Positions 13,601 through 28,600 of a DNA stretch of 63,726 nt are shown piece by piece. Location: contig CM097885.1 of NCBI GenBank assembly GCA_044892525.1, forward strand, positions 46,810,001 to 46,873,726. The letters are read 5' to 3'. The stretch's first letter is position 1; each line of letters starts with the position of its first letter. The notes beneath the pieces are model-generated. The model saw only the letters and a list, made by a program, of their open reading frames with translations. It did not search any database and was not told the origin of the DNA. A program made the position numbers and the translations under genes. This DNA comes from Schmidtea polychroa (lineage: Eukaryota).

Positions 13601-16600
13601 TCATTTAAAATTGCTTACATATAAAAATAAAAATACATAACAATTATAATAATAAACCGAAACTAAAAAAACTATACTGTAATCGTCACATTCCGCTGTT
13701 GTAGATTGACTTGGGTTAAAAAAGTTGCCCAACTTTATTTGTCTTGGCTTGCTTTATTTTTGCAGTTCTTTATAACAGCTAATGGTCCAGTTAATTTCCC
13801 GGGATTATAGGGTTGAAGAAGGTGGTTTATTACTAGAGTGGCCAACTGCAAGGAATTTGTCGAGACAGTCCCGGATTTTCATCTTTGGCGCGGAATTCCG
13901 GTTTGGAGGCCATTTGTCCTGGATTCTAAATTTTTATCCTTTTTAATTTTTTTCCTTGTCAATCCCTGACTTAAACCGAAAAATATTTGAACATTTTTCT
14001 CGTAATCGCTCGTCACATTGTGAAATTCACGATATTAAGTTAATTTTTCAATAGCTATACTTACAATTCACTCAAAATCAATGTAAGATAAATGTAAGCA
14101 CGAATTTAACGATTGCTTAATTGCATAAATTGAAAATTGCAATGTTCAAATGCATAATGTTATCAAGCAAGCATCGGAAGACATCTTTAAATGACAAATA
14201 CTCTAACGCTGAAGTTTTTCTTTGTTTTACAATGCCAAACATATACGTTAGAGCGATTTTAAAATTCAATGTGAATTATTGTTTTTCACCAGTCAAATAG
14301 TTCTAAAATAGAATTGCCTTTTCAACCATTTTATTTATGTCTCGGTTTCCACTAAAAAAGTCCCGGATGTTTTCAAAAATGGCCACTCCATTTATTACTT
14401 GTTCAAAATAAGAAAGTGCATTCTACAAGTTCTTTGATGTTAGCTGTTTTTATATAGCAGTCCTTGGCTCCTCGTTAAGTGTTTGTTCTGATTCTAATCG
14501 GATCAGTTCATCGTATGAAAGTGGTTCTCTGCCAGCATCTAGTAAATCAAGCACATCACCTTCTTTAAATTCATCAAAACCAAGAACATTTGCTAGGTTC
14601 AATATGGTTTGTAGATAAGCTTCTATGTAATTACACAGCAGCGACAATGCAGTAAAATACATATGTTTCTTTCACATTTATATTTTATGGCAGTTTAATG
14701 AAACATCGAAAAAAGTGCCATAATTAAAGAAGGCCGTTATAGCGAGGTATGAGTGTATATTTCGATCTGTAACGGATTAAGAACGTATACCGAGGTACCA
14801 CAGTATAAATTCATAAAATAAATTGCTCATTTTTTACGCTTAATTATTAGTTAAATTGTAAATTATTTAGATTTTTGAGAATAATGAGCAAAATATCGAA
14901 AATTAATATTAAATGATAAATGTTTTCATGCAAAAAATTTAAGAAATATGTCGCAGATAAAGAAATAATATCAAAAACAATTTTATCTATTTTTATTATT
15001 ATCTCATCTTTTACTCTTAATTTTAATTACACAAAATTGAAATTTTTCCCCTACAAAAATAAAAATATTTTTATTGCACAAATCGATTACAATTTAAATA
15101 TCGATAATTAATTATAATCATTTAATTATAATCATTATGTTAGAAGTTTATGCGTATGGTAAGAACATTGAAAACAGAAAGAGTATGAATCGAAAACATA
15201 ATGATCTCGTTTTATTATAAGAAAAATATTGATTGTTGACGAATTAGCATTAATTCGGAATTCCATTTATGTAAAATTACTTATCGGTCTTGTGGCCCTA
15301 CAAGAAATGTATTATTGGTGATGATGAAGGTGATGTAACCGGCAGCAATAGTTGTGAGGATATTTCATTTTTATTCTGAATAATCATTTCCTTATCAATA
15401 ACATTACTCAAAAATGTGATGCCATAGCATCATCATGCAAGTTACTAATATAAAAGAAGTGACGTGAAATAAAATATGTTAAAATGAAATGAAAGAATAT
15501 GAAGCAACTGGAAAAAACACAGAGAATGTATAAAAATTGCATAAAGTAATAAATTACTTTGATATCAATTGTAGCAAAAAAGATTTTATTAGAAATTGGC
15601 CTATTTGTAACTAAATTTTATGAGAAGGATGTTAAGACTGGATACCTCATTGGCCGTGATATATGTTCATTTCGAAAAATTTATCACCTAGGATTAATTT
15701 CGTTTAACTACTTTTGTACTTTTCTGTTAAAAATCCTCTATGATATAGCTCTCGTCCATGTATTTGGTTATCAATCCATTACTCTTTTTGGTTGCCCATG
15801 TATGAACATTTAAATATCTATAAATAAAATGAATATCCGCAAATTTTTCGAATGTAAACGTTGTTTTAAACAATTTAATAAAGAATTATTACCTTTCAAA
15901 TAAGATCAGATATAGATATTTACTTTGGTTTTTGTGCAAGTTATAAACATTTCAATCGTCCAGTTTACAGTACCATAAATAAATTTATTTGCAAAGGGTT
16001 GTACTATAGTAACAATATATTTCCGGATATATATAAATTTAGTGACAATATTTCCATACATCGACCCAATTACATGATCCGTATGTTTGGACCATTCATA
16101 ATGTGATACTATGTGTAAATCCACTGTCTTATTTTGTAAATTTTATACTCTCATTATCACTTTAAAATGTGTCTTTATTAATACTTGTATTTTTAATAGT
16201 ATCGAATTTATCAATATATGCAGCTAAAATATGCTTATACTTTTAATTTATGTAGCAACAAAAATTTATATATTGAAATCAATGACAAACTTGAAAATTA
16301 AAAAAAAATATAGTGAAAATCATACTATCTAATTTCTTTTTCCTTCATTTCCCTTCATCATCAAGATTTTCCTTCATTTTCCTTTACAGAAATTTATTGT
16401 TTTATAAAAATTGAAAAGAAAAGATTTAAATTTAAAATAGCTATCAATTAGCCGATAGTGAGGAGAATAAAAGATTTCCTTTAATATGATTTATTAATTT
16501 TTGGGAAAATGTTTATTTCCTTCAAAAGTTTTTATAATATATCTAATAGATTTCTCATTTTTAACTTGCTTGACAATTATTAAAATTGATAAGTGGGTAC

Positions 16601-19600
16601 AGGATGTAAAATAGAGAATAATAGTTGCATATATTTATCTCTACCCAATACACTAGTATGAGGAACCAGTTCTTATCAAATATTGAATAGCACTATTGTG
16701 TGTATTGGTTGACAAATAGAATTTATTTGTTTAGTAAATGTGAAATTATGCATTGATCAATAAACCCAAATATCTAATATTAGATATTTAGTGTTCTGAA
16801 ATATGTTAATAAAAGTTTTTCATTAATTATCATGTATATTTTGCTAACTTTTCACAAACAAAAAAGACAACACAGGTTTGTCCGTTTGGTATATATATTT
16901 ATGAACAAAAATATAATAAAAATCTTTACAAAAACACCAAATTTAATTTGCATTTCCACATTATTTCACAAATTAAAAAATGACAAGATAAGTAGATAGA
17001 TGAAATATAAAATTAGAAAAAACAATGAAATACATGAACAAAAAACCGATTAAGATTACTTAAGTTTTTTCGCTGTCATAATTTGTCATTATACACATCT
17101 GGTTGCGAAAGACTGTTTCAAAATCACTATCGTTTATCGAAATGTTTTGTTCTGTTACAAAAGCCAGGTTATCCGGGTGGTCTCTTCAACAAGATTAGGA
17201 TTTCCTAGAACTGATTGGGTGTTTCGTTTGTCAGTGAATTATATTATTAAATCCGGTTTTTGATAACTCATTGTATAATTTTTCCGAGGAGCAATACAAT
17301 ACTTCAGATTATGTTAGAATTATCCATCTCTTGCGACAATGGAATTGTTTGTCAGGAAATGATTTTCTAATTTATTAGCAATTAGAGTTTTAAGTTAAAA
17401 CTTTTAACCGTTTTAAATCAAAATTGTGTAAAAAAGATAATTAATAATTAACGAATTATAACTGTTTCTCATTAAAAACATCAATATTCCATATAAAAGT
17501 TAGCAATTCTAAAATAGCAGCTTACGAACTACTCGCAACATTTCAAATTTGCTTTAGAGTCGGGATATATTATCCCAATGGTATTATATGATGAGATAAT
17601 TTATTCCAAACGTATTTTTTATATCTTTATGTTATTTTTTTTGACGAAAAAATGTAATACCTGTTTAGTAAAATAACACGATTAAGAAAAGATAATCGGG
17701 GACTCAAAAAGTTAACAAATTTCAAAATGATAGATTAATTAAATACTTTAAACGCAAATGTTTTTTGTAGCAATTTATTTGAAATATTTAAGTACTAATG
17801 AATATTATATTCTCTGGTCATAACAATAATTAAATAAATTACGAGTTACATTTTATTTATTTTTCACTGAACAAAAAAATTTAAACTGATCAATGAATCG
17901 AAAATTCGGATTAAAGATTTTGCGAAAAATTGTTAATAATTCATATAGCTGTGTTCAAAATCAGCGCGCTCTTATTTTTCTAATGAATTAAAAACTGTGG
18001 ATAAAAATAAGTAACTTTAATACTTAAAATAAAATCATCAAATTTTCAGAAATTGGTTATTTTTCACGGATTATAGCTACCCAACCCGAGAAGCATGAGC
18101 GCACATACTTCTTGGGTGTAGTCTTTTTAAAAAAAAGGATAATTGGCTATTTTTTTAATAGTTTTCGAACTCTCATACATGTTTCACACTTTTTAAAATT
18201 TCACCACAAATTTCAAAAACAACAAGAAACATTTATATTTATATAAGATTCACGTCAATATAACTATCGCAAAATTTTCAATGGTTTTTATTTACATTTC
18301 GTAAATTTAACGGAAATTTGTTTGACATCATGAGACTCGATACGAATTGATTTTTTGTACAGAAATATTTCAAATAAATTCAGATCGAGGGAACAGAATT
18401 AAAATTTTCTCCATCGTAAATTCCAAATTTTCTGTCCCTCGATTCAGAAGTACTTTTCAAAATATTTAACATTGGTTGCAGAATTCCTGAAATATTTCTC
18501 GTTGATACACTCAGCTTTGCTTTATTTCCTTTTGCTACTTGAAATTCTTTCTGAACTTTTTGATCAAGATGAAGAATCTTGTTTGAAAAAGGAAATCTTA
18601 ACTGAAAGTAAAGTGGAGTTGTTTGCATTTTCCAGTCTATTTGACATAATCTTATGATAAATGGTTTTAAATGATGATTTACTAGAAGAAGAATGTATTT
18701 TATTCAACTAAAACTATAAAAAATGGTGAAATTTAAGGATAATTTTGAATATATGAAATGAATATCAATCCAAATATTTACTCAGTACTATTTTTTTAAA
18801 TTTAGCTTTTTAATTTTGTTTTTTAACAAAAATCTTTATAAAATTTAAAATTCTTAAAATCTTATGGATTAATATGTTGATAAGGAAATTTATTTTAATG
18901 CGCATTCTAATTAAGAATTTAAATAGAAAATTTTTTTTTCACAATTTCTATAAATTTTCTTACAATAGATTGCGCGCGCATGCTCCTCGGAGGGAGACGG
19001 TAGTATTTTAATAAATAATAAAATTTCGCGATTTTATTTATTAAAAGCTTTAATGTTGGGAGTTTTATAGAACAAGGGATTTCATATCACTGACTTCATT
19101 TTGAAATTGTAATTACATTTAAAACATCACTAAAAGCGAAATATATTTTATTATAACTCAAACTGTTATCTTAAAATTGACATCTTGTAAATTATTAGTT
19201 TATATATAATTTTTACACAATGTTTATTGTAAGTATTAGCATCAGTTTCGAACACCGATAATCAATAGATCCACTTAAACGAGCGGAAGTTTAGTGCTTC
19301 AAATTTTATAGGTCATTAATAATAATGAAGTTGATTTGATCATTTTAATTTTACTTAAAGATATATTTCAAGAGCGCTAGAAAGCATATGTGGAAGCAAT
19401 AGTGAAAAAATAATCTGGACTCAGGAATGTGAGAAAGCTTTCGAAGAAATGAAAATGGCGTTGACTACAGCGCCAATTCTCGTATTTCAAGATTTCAAGA
19501 AAGAATTCATATTAGATACAGACGCAAGCTTTGATACAATTGGAGCTGTATTATCACAAAGAGATGAAATGGGGCATAAACACGTTATTGCATATGGACC

Positions 19601-22600
19601 CCATGCAATGAGTAGCCATGAAAGAGAATATTGTATAACACGAAAAGAGCTTTTGGCTATATATTATTTCTGTCGCCATTTCAACCATTATTTATACCGT
19701 AAACGGTTTGTTTTGCGCACTGATCATAAAGCAATAACTTTTATGTTGACGACAAAGAAGCCTATAACAGCACAGTTCCAAACGTGGATAAATTACTTGA
19801 GCAGTTTAGACATAAAAATGGAGTTCAGGAAAGGTACGGCGCATACAAATGCAGATATGCTGTCTAGAAATACATGTGGCAAATGTGTACAATGTTTGAT
19901 GGACCATGATAACCCCAAATCAGGGCGATTAAAAACTAGATTGTTAACATTGATGACCGAAAATAATGGAAATGAATGGCAGAGATAATGCAGAAATACA
20001 AGATATAAAAGATCAAATAAATGAAAGGAAAAATAATAAATATATATTAAAAAGAAATATTATCTATACCAATCAAAACAAAATATGGATACCAGAAACA
20101 AAAAAACGAGAAATGATTAAGGAAACACATTTATTATTATGCCACGCAGGAGTAGAAAAAGTTATGAAATATAATAGGAACAATTTTGATATGGAAGATT
20201 TGCTAAATGAAGTAAAAGAGACTATTTCAATATGTGAAGCATGTCAGAAAAACAAAGTTTTAACTACAAAGTCAAAAGAAAAAACCCAAGTAATTCAAGC
20301 TTCAGAACCTATGGAGAAAATATACATGGATATTTGCGGTCCATTAAGAGAAACCTTCAGAGGAGAAAAATATATTTGTGCAATAATCGATCATTACAGT
20401 AAATACATATCTCTAACTCCTATTAGAAAGCAAGATGAAAATACAATAAAGGCAGTTTTTTTAAATAATTGGATATTGAAATTTGGAGCCCCTAAGGAAC
20501 TACATGTTGATTGTGTAAAGAATTTTGAAGCAAATAGTATTAAAGAACTAGCAAAGGCAGCAGGAATTGAGTTGATATTTTCGAGTCCGTATCATCATAA
20601 TACTAATGGTGTAATTGAAAGACAATTTCGTACTATAAGAGACTATATTAACGCGTAACTCAGAGAAGGAGTTAAAAAAGCTGGGCAGAATTAATATCTG
20701 ATATAGAATACGTTTTAAATGCGACAGCTCAAAAAACTACTGGAGTGAGTCCAGTAGAAATTATATTTGGGAGAAAGATTAATAGATCGCAATGGCATAG
20801 TAATAATGAAGTGGATAGAAGTGAAATCATGCGGAAATTAGAGGCTAAAAGACAGCAAGCGAAAGAAATTGGCACAACTAGGAACTTAGAAGTGGGGGAC
20901 AAAGTATTGGCGAAACAACAAATTAGGAACAAAGATCACGAGAGATATGAAGGACCATACACAGTAATAAAACGAAATCATGAAAGAAGTTACTTATTAA
21001 CAGACGAAAACGGGAGGAAAATAACGAGGAATATAGAAAAGTTAAAGAATTTTAAAGTAGGGGGATGAAAGGAGTTAGTAAATCTCTATATAAAATTATT
21101 ATGGTTAAATGGTAGAAGTGAGATCAGTTAGTAGAAATAATTATTTCTGTTAAATTTTTATATTTAAATTCTATATTAAATTATATCATATTATATTAAA
21201 TTATATTAAATTAAATCAATTAAATGTATAACCGGTAATTACATTAATATTAATAATTATCACGCCTCGGTGTTTAAATACGCTAGTAAACGGCGCAATT
21301 TTGAAGTTGTTATTAAAATAAATACTTGAAGAAGACTTGAATTTAATTTCGTCTAACAGGGTAAAAAATATTTTATCAACTTTTAATATAACATTTTGAG
21401 ATCAATTTTGAATTTTTATACATGTTTGAATGTAAAATCAATGATTTTTAAGGTTTAAAATTAAAGAGTATTAGTTTATTTGTATAAGTTTACTATATAA
21501 TACAATATCAAAATATACCAACACAATAAAGGACACTTGTGCGTAAATATTGATTAATCTCTTTAACTTATAAAAGAAAATAAATGTTTTTATTTTAAAA
21601 TAAGAAAAAAAACAGACAAAACTTCTAAAAATAATATTTGTAAGATTTTAAAATTATTTGCATTGAAGGTTTTTTATTTGTTTTACTTTATATTTCAATG
21701 TTGGAAAATTCGTAATTGTTTGTGTTGAGAGAATTGTGGATTATTTTACAATATACAGGTAATCCCCAAAGAATTTGTTCCGTGTTCTTTTAAACCGTGT
21801 TGTTCGAGACTACAAAAAACGGAATTTCCGTTTCAAGTGTGAAAATATAAAACTAAAAATTTTATTTTTTGAATTCAATTTAGTAAACACTTCAAAGAAA
21901 TCTTGTATTACATAATTCAAATTAAATTTTTAATTAGTTTAGAAAAAAAATTTTTATCTTAAATTTTTATTATCAAAATAAAACAAAAAATTTGCAAGCA
22001 TATCTTTATTTTGTTAAAATGACATTACCATGCCACCTAGTCCTTATCACTGGAGTCATCTGGTAACGTGATTCTAGTATATTTTCTTGAAAAATGACAT
22101 TTGGAGATTATATTATATCAAATAATAAATATATTTTATTCTTTTTCCATATAATTACTTGAAAATCGTGTAGTTTGAAACCGTGTAATTCGGACCAAAG
22201 TATTCGTGTTCTTCGAGGGTTGATTTTATTATTTAAAATATTTTTACCATCCTAAAATTTGCGGTTAAGTATATCTAAAAATGATATCAATGTTTGTAAA
22301 TATGATAAAGGCAACGGTTTAGTTATTTTGGAACTTGACGTCTACATTAGAAAATTAAATAATGTTTTATTAGCTCTACAGCTTATAAAAGTGGAGACAA
22401 CCGTATTAATCGGAAGTTACCACCAACGAAGGATGAATTGTTTTAGTTAAAACTGTTGAAGGAATTATCAGATAAGAAACATATGGACGTTGACTTAGCT
22501 AAGTCTATTCAATCGAAAGGCTCACAACCAGCAAAACGTCATGGAATACCTAAAGTGTGGTATCATTTGATGTGCGTAGTCTATTTTCGAATGTTCCACT

Positions 22601-25600
22601 ATTAGAAACAATTGATTTATGTTGTAAGACGTGGAAAGAAAATGTAATAGAACATAACAAAGTTGATGAGATTGCATTTCGTAAATTACTCGAATTTTGC
22701 AACGTCGAATGTGAATTATGTTTTTAACAATGAGTAGTATAAACCGATTGACGGTGTTGCTATGGGTTCCTCATTGGCTCCAACAATGGAATTAATTTTC
22801 ATGTAAAGTTTAGAAAAGAAAATTTCATCATACAATTTAACCAGATCAACTGTGTATTTTTGATGTTAAAGTTAATATGTTGTCAAGTTCGTAAGATTAA
22901 AAAATCAGATCTAAGCACACTGATCAAAAATATGTGTTGATATTACCTTTTTCTGAAGGTTTCAGATAATTGAAGCATAAGTTCCTTAAACATATAATTA
23001 AGACTATTTTTAGGATTGTTTCAACGTCTTGGGATCATTTTAGGAAGTGTACCAGTAAAAAATAAGTATTGCTGGTTTTAAGATCTTGTCGAAGAGTTTG
23101 AGTAATTACTGGTAACGAGTAACGTGCGAGGCGTTGCTAATTATATCTTTAAATTCTATAATTAATATTCAAAGTCCCCATTCTACAGGGACTTCGAATG
23201 TATTTAAATAATTTAACTTCTATATTTAGTTTTTGGGATAATGTTGTTTATTAAATTTGAGTATTAAAACAATTTTAAAATTAAAATTTATTTTTTATAT
23301 TAATTAAAAAATTTTTGTATGAAAATGTTAACAATTTGTTTGTCAAAATTTTATTAAAATCTTTTTGATACAATTTGATTACGATTATTGGTTGTTAATT
23401 TGTTTATTTAGTTGTGATTAATACGATTCTTAGCCTGAAGAAGAGTGTTAAACAGTCGAAATATTTAGCAATACTTATTTGGGGATTTTAATAGAAAATT
23501 ACATAAGATTTATACATTAAAATTACAACGTAAAATAGCCTGATAAAATATCTTTAAATTCGAAATTAATTCCATACATGTAGTGTGTGTCAACTCAACA
23601 TACACTATAAAAATATTATCGACTGGAACTGTATACCGCGTCGCATTTGATAACGACCACATATAATATGAAAACTCATCAATAAATGATATATTATAAG
23701 ATACATACCTCTATGCTGAAGTTTCATTGGCAGTTACACCCGTCAATTTATTGACGCACCTCTAAAACATCGATTTCTACAACATCTACTACGAAAAAAC
23801 AGATTTCTAAAACATCGACTGTCAAAATCATTGACTGTCAAAGACATCAAATACTAATATATCCTAAAACATCGACTGTAAAAAAAATTTTATCCGACAG
23901 TTTGTTTTGTCCCCCTATGGGTCCTGGTCGTAAAAATATTGGTCGTAACAGTACTGGTCGTAAGGGTAATGGTTTTCAGTTTTAATGATTGTATTTAGGC
24001 AAATTTTTGTGTCTAAAACAATTGTTCGTAATTTATTGGTAATTTTTTAGTGTTGATGCTAGATGGTTTTATGAAATATTTAACCTACCATTTAAAAAAA
24101 ATAAAAATAGTTAAGTATTATTAGTTAAATAAATATTACCTTAATTATTTAATACTTAACAATTAATTCAATTTTATAGCAATCTATGTTTTAAAAGTCT
24201 ATGTTTTAGAAATCGATGTTTTAAGTCAAAAATTCGAATAAATAGCAATCTATGTTTTAAAAGTCGATGTTTTAGAATTCGTTTAAATGGGGCGACTCCA
24301 AATTTATTATAGGATTCCAGAAAGGTAGAAAAATTAATGAAACATGTAAACATTATAAAATAAAATTCTATAATAAAACAAACATGCAAACAAACGATGA
24401 AATTAATACACCTAAAAAATATACCAATTTTTAATCAAATAGTTTTTTTAATGAAATTGGAAAACATATCCATGGCCAGTACTCGAATTATATTTTCATT
24501 TTGACAAAATGAATTAAGAAATTCGTGAGGTTTAATTGTTTATTATTAATAACTAGCTATAGCCCGTCAAAAATGACGGAATCATGTTATCAATCCAAAT
24601 ACATAATACTCCATAGATTTTTATGTTAAAAAAAAGATTCAGCATGTGGTTTGATTCATATTTATTAAAATTTATTAAAGCAAAAATAAGTAACATAAGG
24701 AATAAAAAAGAAGTAATGTTCCGAAATTGGACAAATTATGCATCATTCGATAGAAAAAAGTTGATTTTCAGATAACATTAAAATAAAAATGCCATGTTGT
24801 CGAATAAAATTAAAAGTTATAGTAAAATTTGCCATTTGGTGATTTTAATTAAGCGTTATTCCAGTATCACTCATTCACGTACATAGAGAATTATGTATTT
24901 AAATCATGTTTTGTATTTTGCCGAAATAGGTTCATTTAAAAATGTTCACATTCAATTTTAGTTTTTATAAACTATAAAGATATTCTTGAAAATTGATTAC
25001 TTTTCTAATTAATATTTAATTAAATTGATTTATTTTATTTTAATTCATTCGATACAGAATAACATTGTAAAATAATAATTTCAAGAAAGTTAATTAATTT
25101 TGAATTATTTGTTAAACAATAAAACAGCAATTTAATTTTTTGTTTTTTTATTATTTAATTTACACTAAGCATATTGAGTGAGGTATATAGTATATACTAT
25201 ATACCATGGTATTTCTTCATGTGGCTCTTTAATTTTTTAAACTGGATCAAAATTTAATATTTGGCTCTTTGCAATGAAAAGGTTCCAATTCCAAAAGGTC
25301 TAATTATTGTTAAAAAATCATTTACACCACATTTAAAATTTTTTTTAAAACATTTTTTATAAAATAGTAAATTATAGTCATGGATAATTTACTAGAATAT
25401 TATTTATAATATAGTTTACTATAATATTTAAATTATTTAATAATTTTTTTAAAATAATTTTACCTGTAATTTAAAATGTGAAATTTCCATAATTTGTAAT
25501 GAAATCTTCATAATAATTTGTACTCTGTATTTAAATTCCTTCCAACACATTCAATAGAGTTTATATCAAATGCAACGCAGTGTAATAATTGCTTTTTATC

Positions 25601-28600
25601 CTAACTGACGATAGCAGGAAAACTATCGGAAAGTTCCATTTAAAGCATGTTTGAGGGACATTTTTACATTTTTAACAGTCTCACATAAGGATATTTAATA
25701 CATTATCGAATTTTCAATTTGTTTCCCTTTTATTTTATTAATGTCTGGTGCTTATTCGATAATTCTAATCGTTTCAGGCTTTACTTATTGCTACATGTAT
25801 ACTTACTGGATGTTGTTATTGTTGCTTCTGCTATTGCTTTTGTTGTTACAATTTCTGCTGTGGAAAATGTGCTCCAGATGAGCAGGATGATCTCGGAGAA
25901 CCTTTGACCGAGAGGATGGATCTTGTAAGTAGTTGTTTTATTTTTTGTCTTAATAATAATAAATATAATACATAGGATAAATAAGAATTTATGAAGTAAA
26001 TAATTATTAAATTACCATTTTAATAATATGATTTTTTTCATTATTTATGTTTCATATTTTATCTATATATCTAAATCAAATGTTTTCAATTAGAGAAAAA
26101 TCATTAATTAATTGGCCTTTCATAAAAATATTTCGATGTATTCGATTGGTCAATTTGTCAGTGAGTTTTTTCCGTGTAAATTTAAGGCTATTAATTTATA
26201 TAAAAACGATAAAATCAATAATGTAATTCCCATTTTGTTCGATCTCCTTATGGCATCATTTGACACCTTTGCATGATTCCTCACTTGAAAAATGTCAATC
26301 TAATGCGACCAGATTTGGTGAATATGGCGGGTGTAATAAGATATCAACAATTTTTGTGAGTGGCAAAACTGGCACATGATGACCTTTAATTATCATAGTG
26401 AAAAACTTTAAATTTACGATTGTCTAGTCCAGCCATGGCCAACCGGTGACCCGTGAAGCGTTTTGATGTGGTCCGGACACAATTTTAAACATCAAATCAA
26501 TAATTGTCTTTTCTAGAATTCATATTCGAATTAAGGATGTTTTTAATCAAAAAAATTGATTCTAAGTTTACTCGAATTGTAAAAACGAGTTATATTTATT
26601 TAAATGAATTTATTGTGGCCCGTGATAGTATATTTCCGAAAATTTGGCCCTTCGATTGATTTGGGTTGGCTACCACTGGTCTAGTCGCTTCTGTATGATG
26701 TCATCATTTAATTCATCAAGTTTAGTGGCGTAGCGAGAGGGGGCAGGCAAGGGGATCTATCATGAACCGGGCGCCACTCGCAGAGGGATCCAAATGGTCC
26801 TCCGGACAAACAAGATTTTGCGGAAAATCTCTATTTTTATTTTGGTCAATTTCTGGAAAAAATATTTTAAATCAATAATTATTGTAATATAATTAATTAT
26901 TTCCTTTCTTGATTTGTCTGATAAAATATGTTATAAATAAAGTTTGCAGTTAATCAGTCAAATATAGCAATTATAGTTAAGAAAAACTTTATTTCAGAGA
27001 AATAAATTTTCTTTCGTTTTATGGTATTTTCGATGATTTGCACCGTAAAGTCATTTTACATTAAATAAAAGCTTGGTTTTTTTTGACAAAGTAAACGTAC
27101 TATTTTTAAATTGATTAAGTCTACAGAGAAACTGTTTAACTCATTATTAAGTAAAACATTTTTTCAGGGTTTCACTCTTTGTTGTTAACATTATTTTATA
27201 TCAATTGTCACAATTTAGCAATATTGATAATAATATATTATCAAATACATGGAATCAATTAAAATTTTACAACAAAAAAAGAACAAACATTTTACAGAAT
27301 ATCGATTCACTCGTTTTTGTAATGAACATTAGTAGATGGAAGTGTGTTCCATGACTCTTCGTTAAACAAAGACATGTGAGCCATAATAGGGGGTATATAT
27401 AAACACACACCCTATATGACTCATCGGGATGGCCGATTGGTATGACTCATCGGGTGACTCTTCGATGACTCATTTCAAATTTAATTTTTAAAGGTCTTAA
27501 AAGTTTTTGGTCCTTTGAAGGTTGAGGACACACTATACACTTTCGAGGGTATGGCCATTGGATAGAACTCTTCAAGACCTTTCGAATGATACCCTTAGAA
27601 TTTTTTCAAACCTTATAATATNNNNNNNNNNNNNNNNNNNNNNNNNNNNNNNNNNNNNNNNNNNNNNNNNNNNNNNNNNNNNNNNNNNNNNNNNNNNNNN
27701 NNNNNNNNNNNNNNNNNNNNNNNNNNNNNNNNNNNNNNNNNNNNNNNNNNNNNNNNNNNNNNNNNNNNNNNNNNNNNNNNNNNNNNNNNNNNNNNNNNNN
27801 NNNNNNNNNNNNNNNNNNNNNNNNNNNNNNNNNNNNNNNNNNNNNNNNNNNNNNNNNNNNNNNNNCAATTAGGTTCAAAAATCTTAAAACCTAATAATAT
27901 ACATATCAAACAAAGGTATTTGAGATGTAAGTATCATGGTCATATTTTCAAAGGTTTATGAAGACTCCTGAACCTTCAAACATATAATAAGATATAAAAA
28001 AAAAGAAAGAACAAAAATTGGTTACAGACTATTTAATAAGACGAGAAGAAGATCTTGCTGCTGGAGGATTTGAATCCAATGATAGTAGCGATTTCGATCC
28101 AACCAAAAAGAAAAAATTGGTTGAATTAGAATATAGTAGTGAGGAGTCGGAATAATTAAATTACAATTATTCTTTTTAATATACCTTTTAACTATGAACA
28201 TGTTATAAATTTTACAATTTAAAATTTAAATGTCGATTTTTTAAATCTATTTCTAAATAAAATTGTATTTTTTTATGCCTCGTTTTACGCGAGTTTCTGG
28301 AACTTATCCCCTTACTTTATATGAACTCGAAGTCTCGATTTACGCAGATTTTTATTTTCTGGTACCTATCTTTCATTTTTGTATGAATTTGAAGTAACGA
28401 TTTGCACGTAAATTTCACTTAAGTCGAGGGATTGGTATATATATATATAAATTAAAACAATAAAGTGATAATCTAAGCCTTGCTGCGAAATATGTATTTA
28501 ATGAAAAAACTTTCGACTATAAGATAGTCCTTGTCAATTTCCTGGAATTTAGCATTTTTCTTCCCGAATATACATCTCGATCTTTCTTTTGTTTCCTTTT

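Noticed and set aside
15290-17340. Nested minus-strand gene in DNAJC5 intron 4 (for example ORF 15906-16124)
   Set aside because: Coding-like patches exist, but I could not join them in phase or recognise a family.
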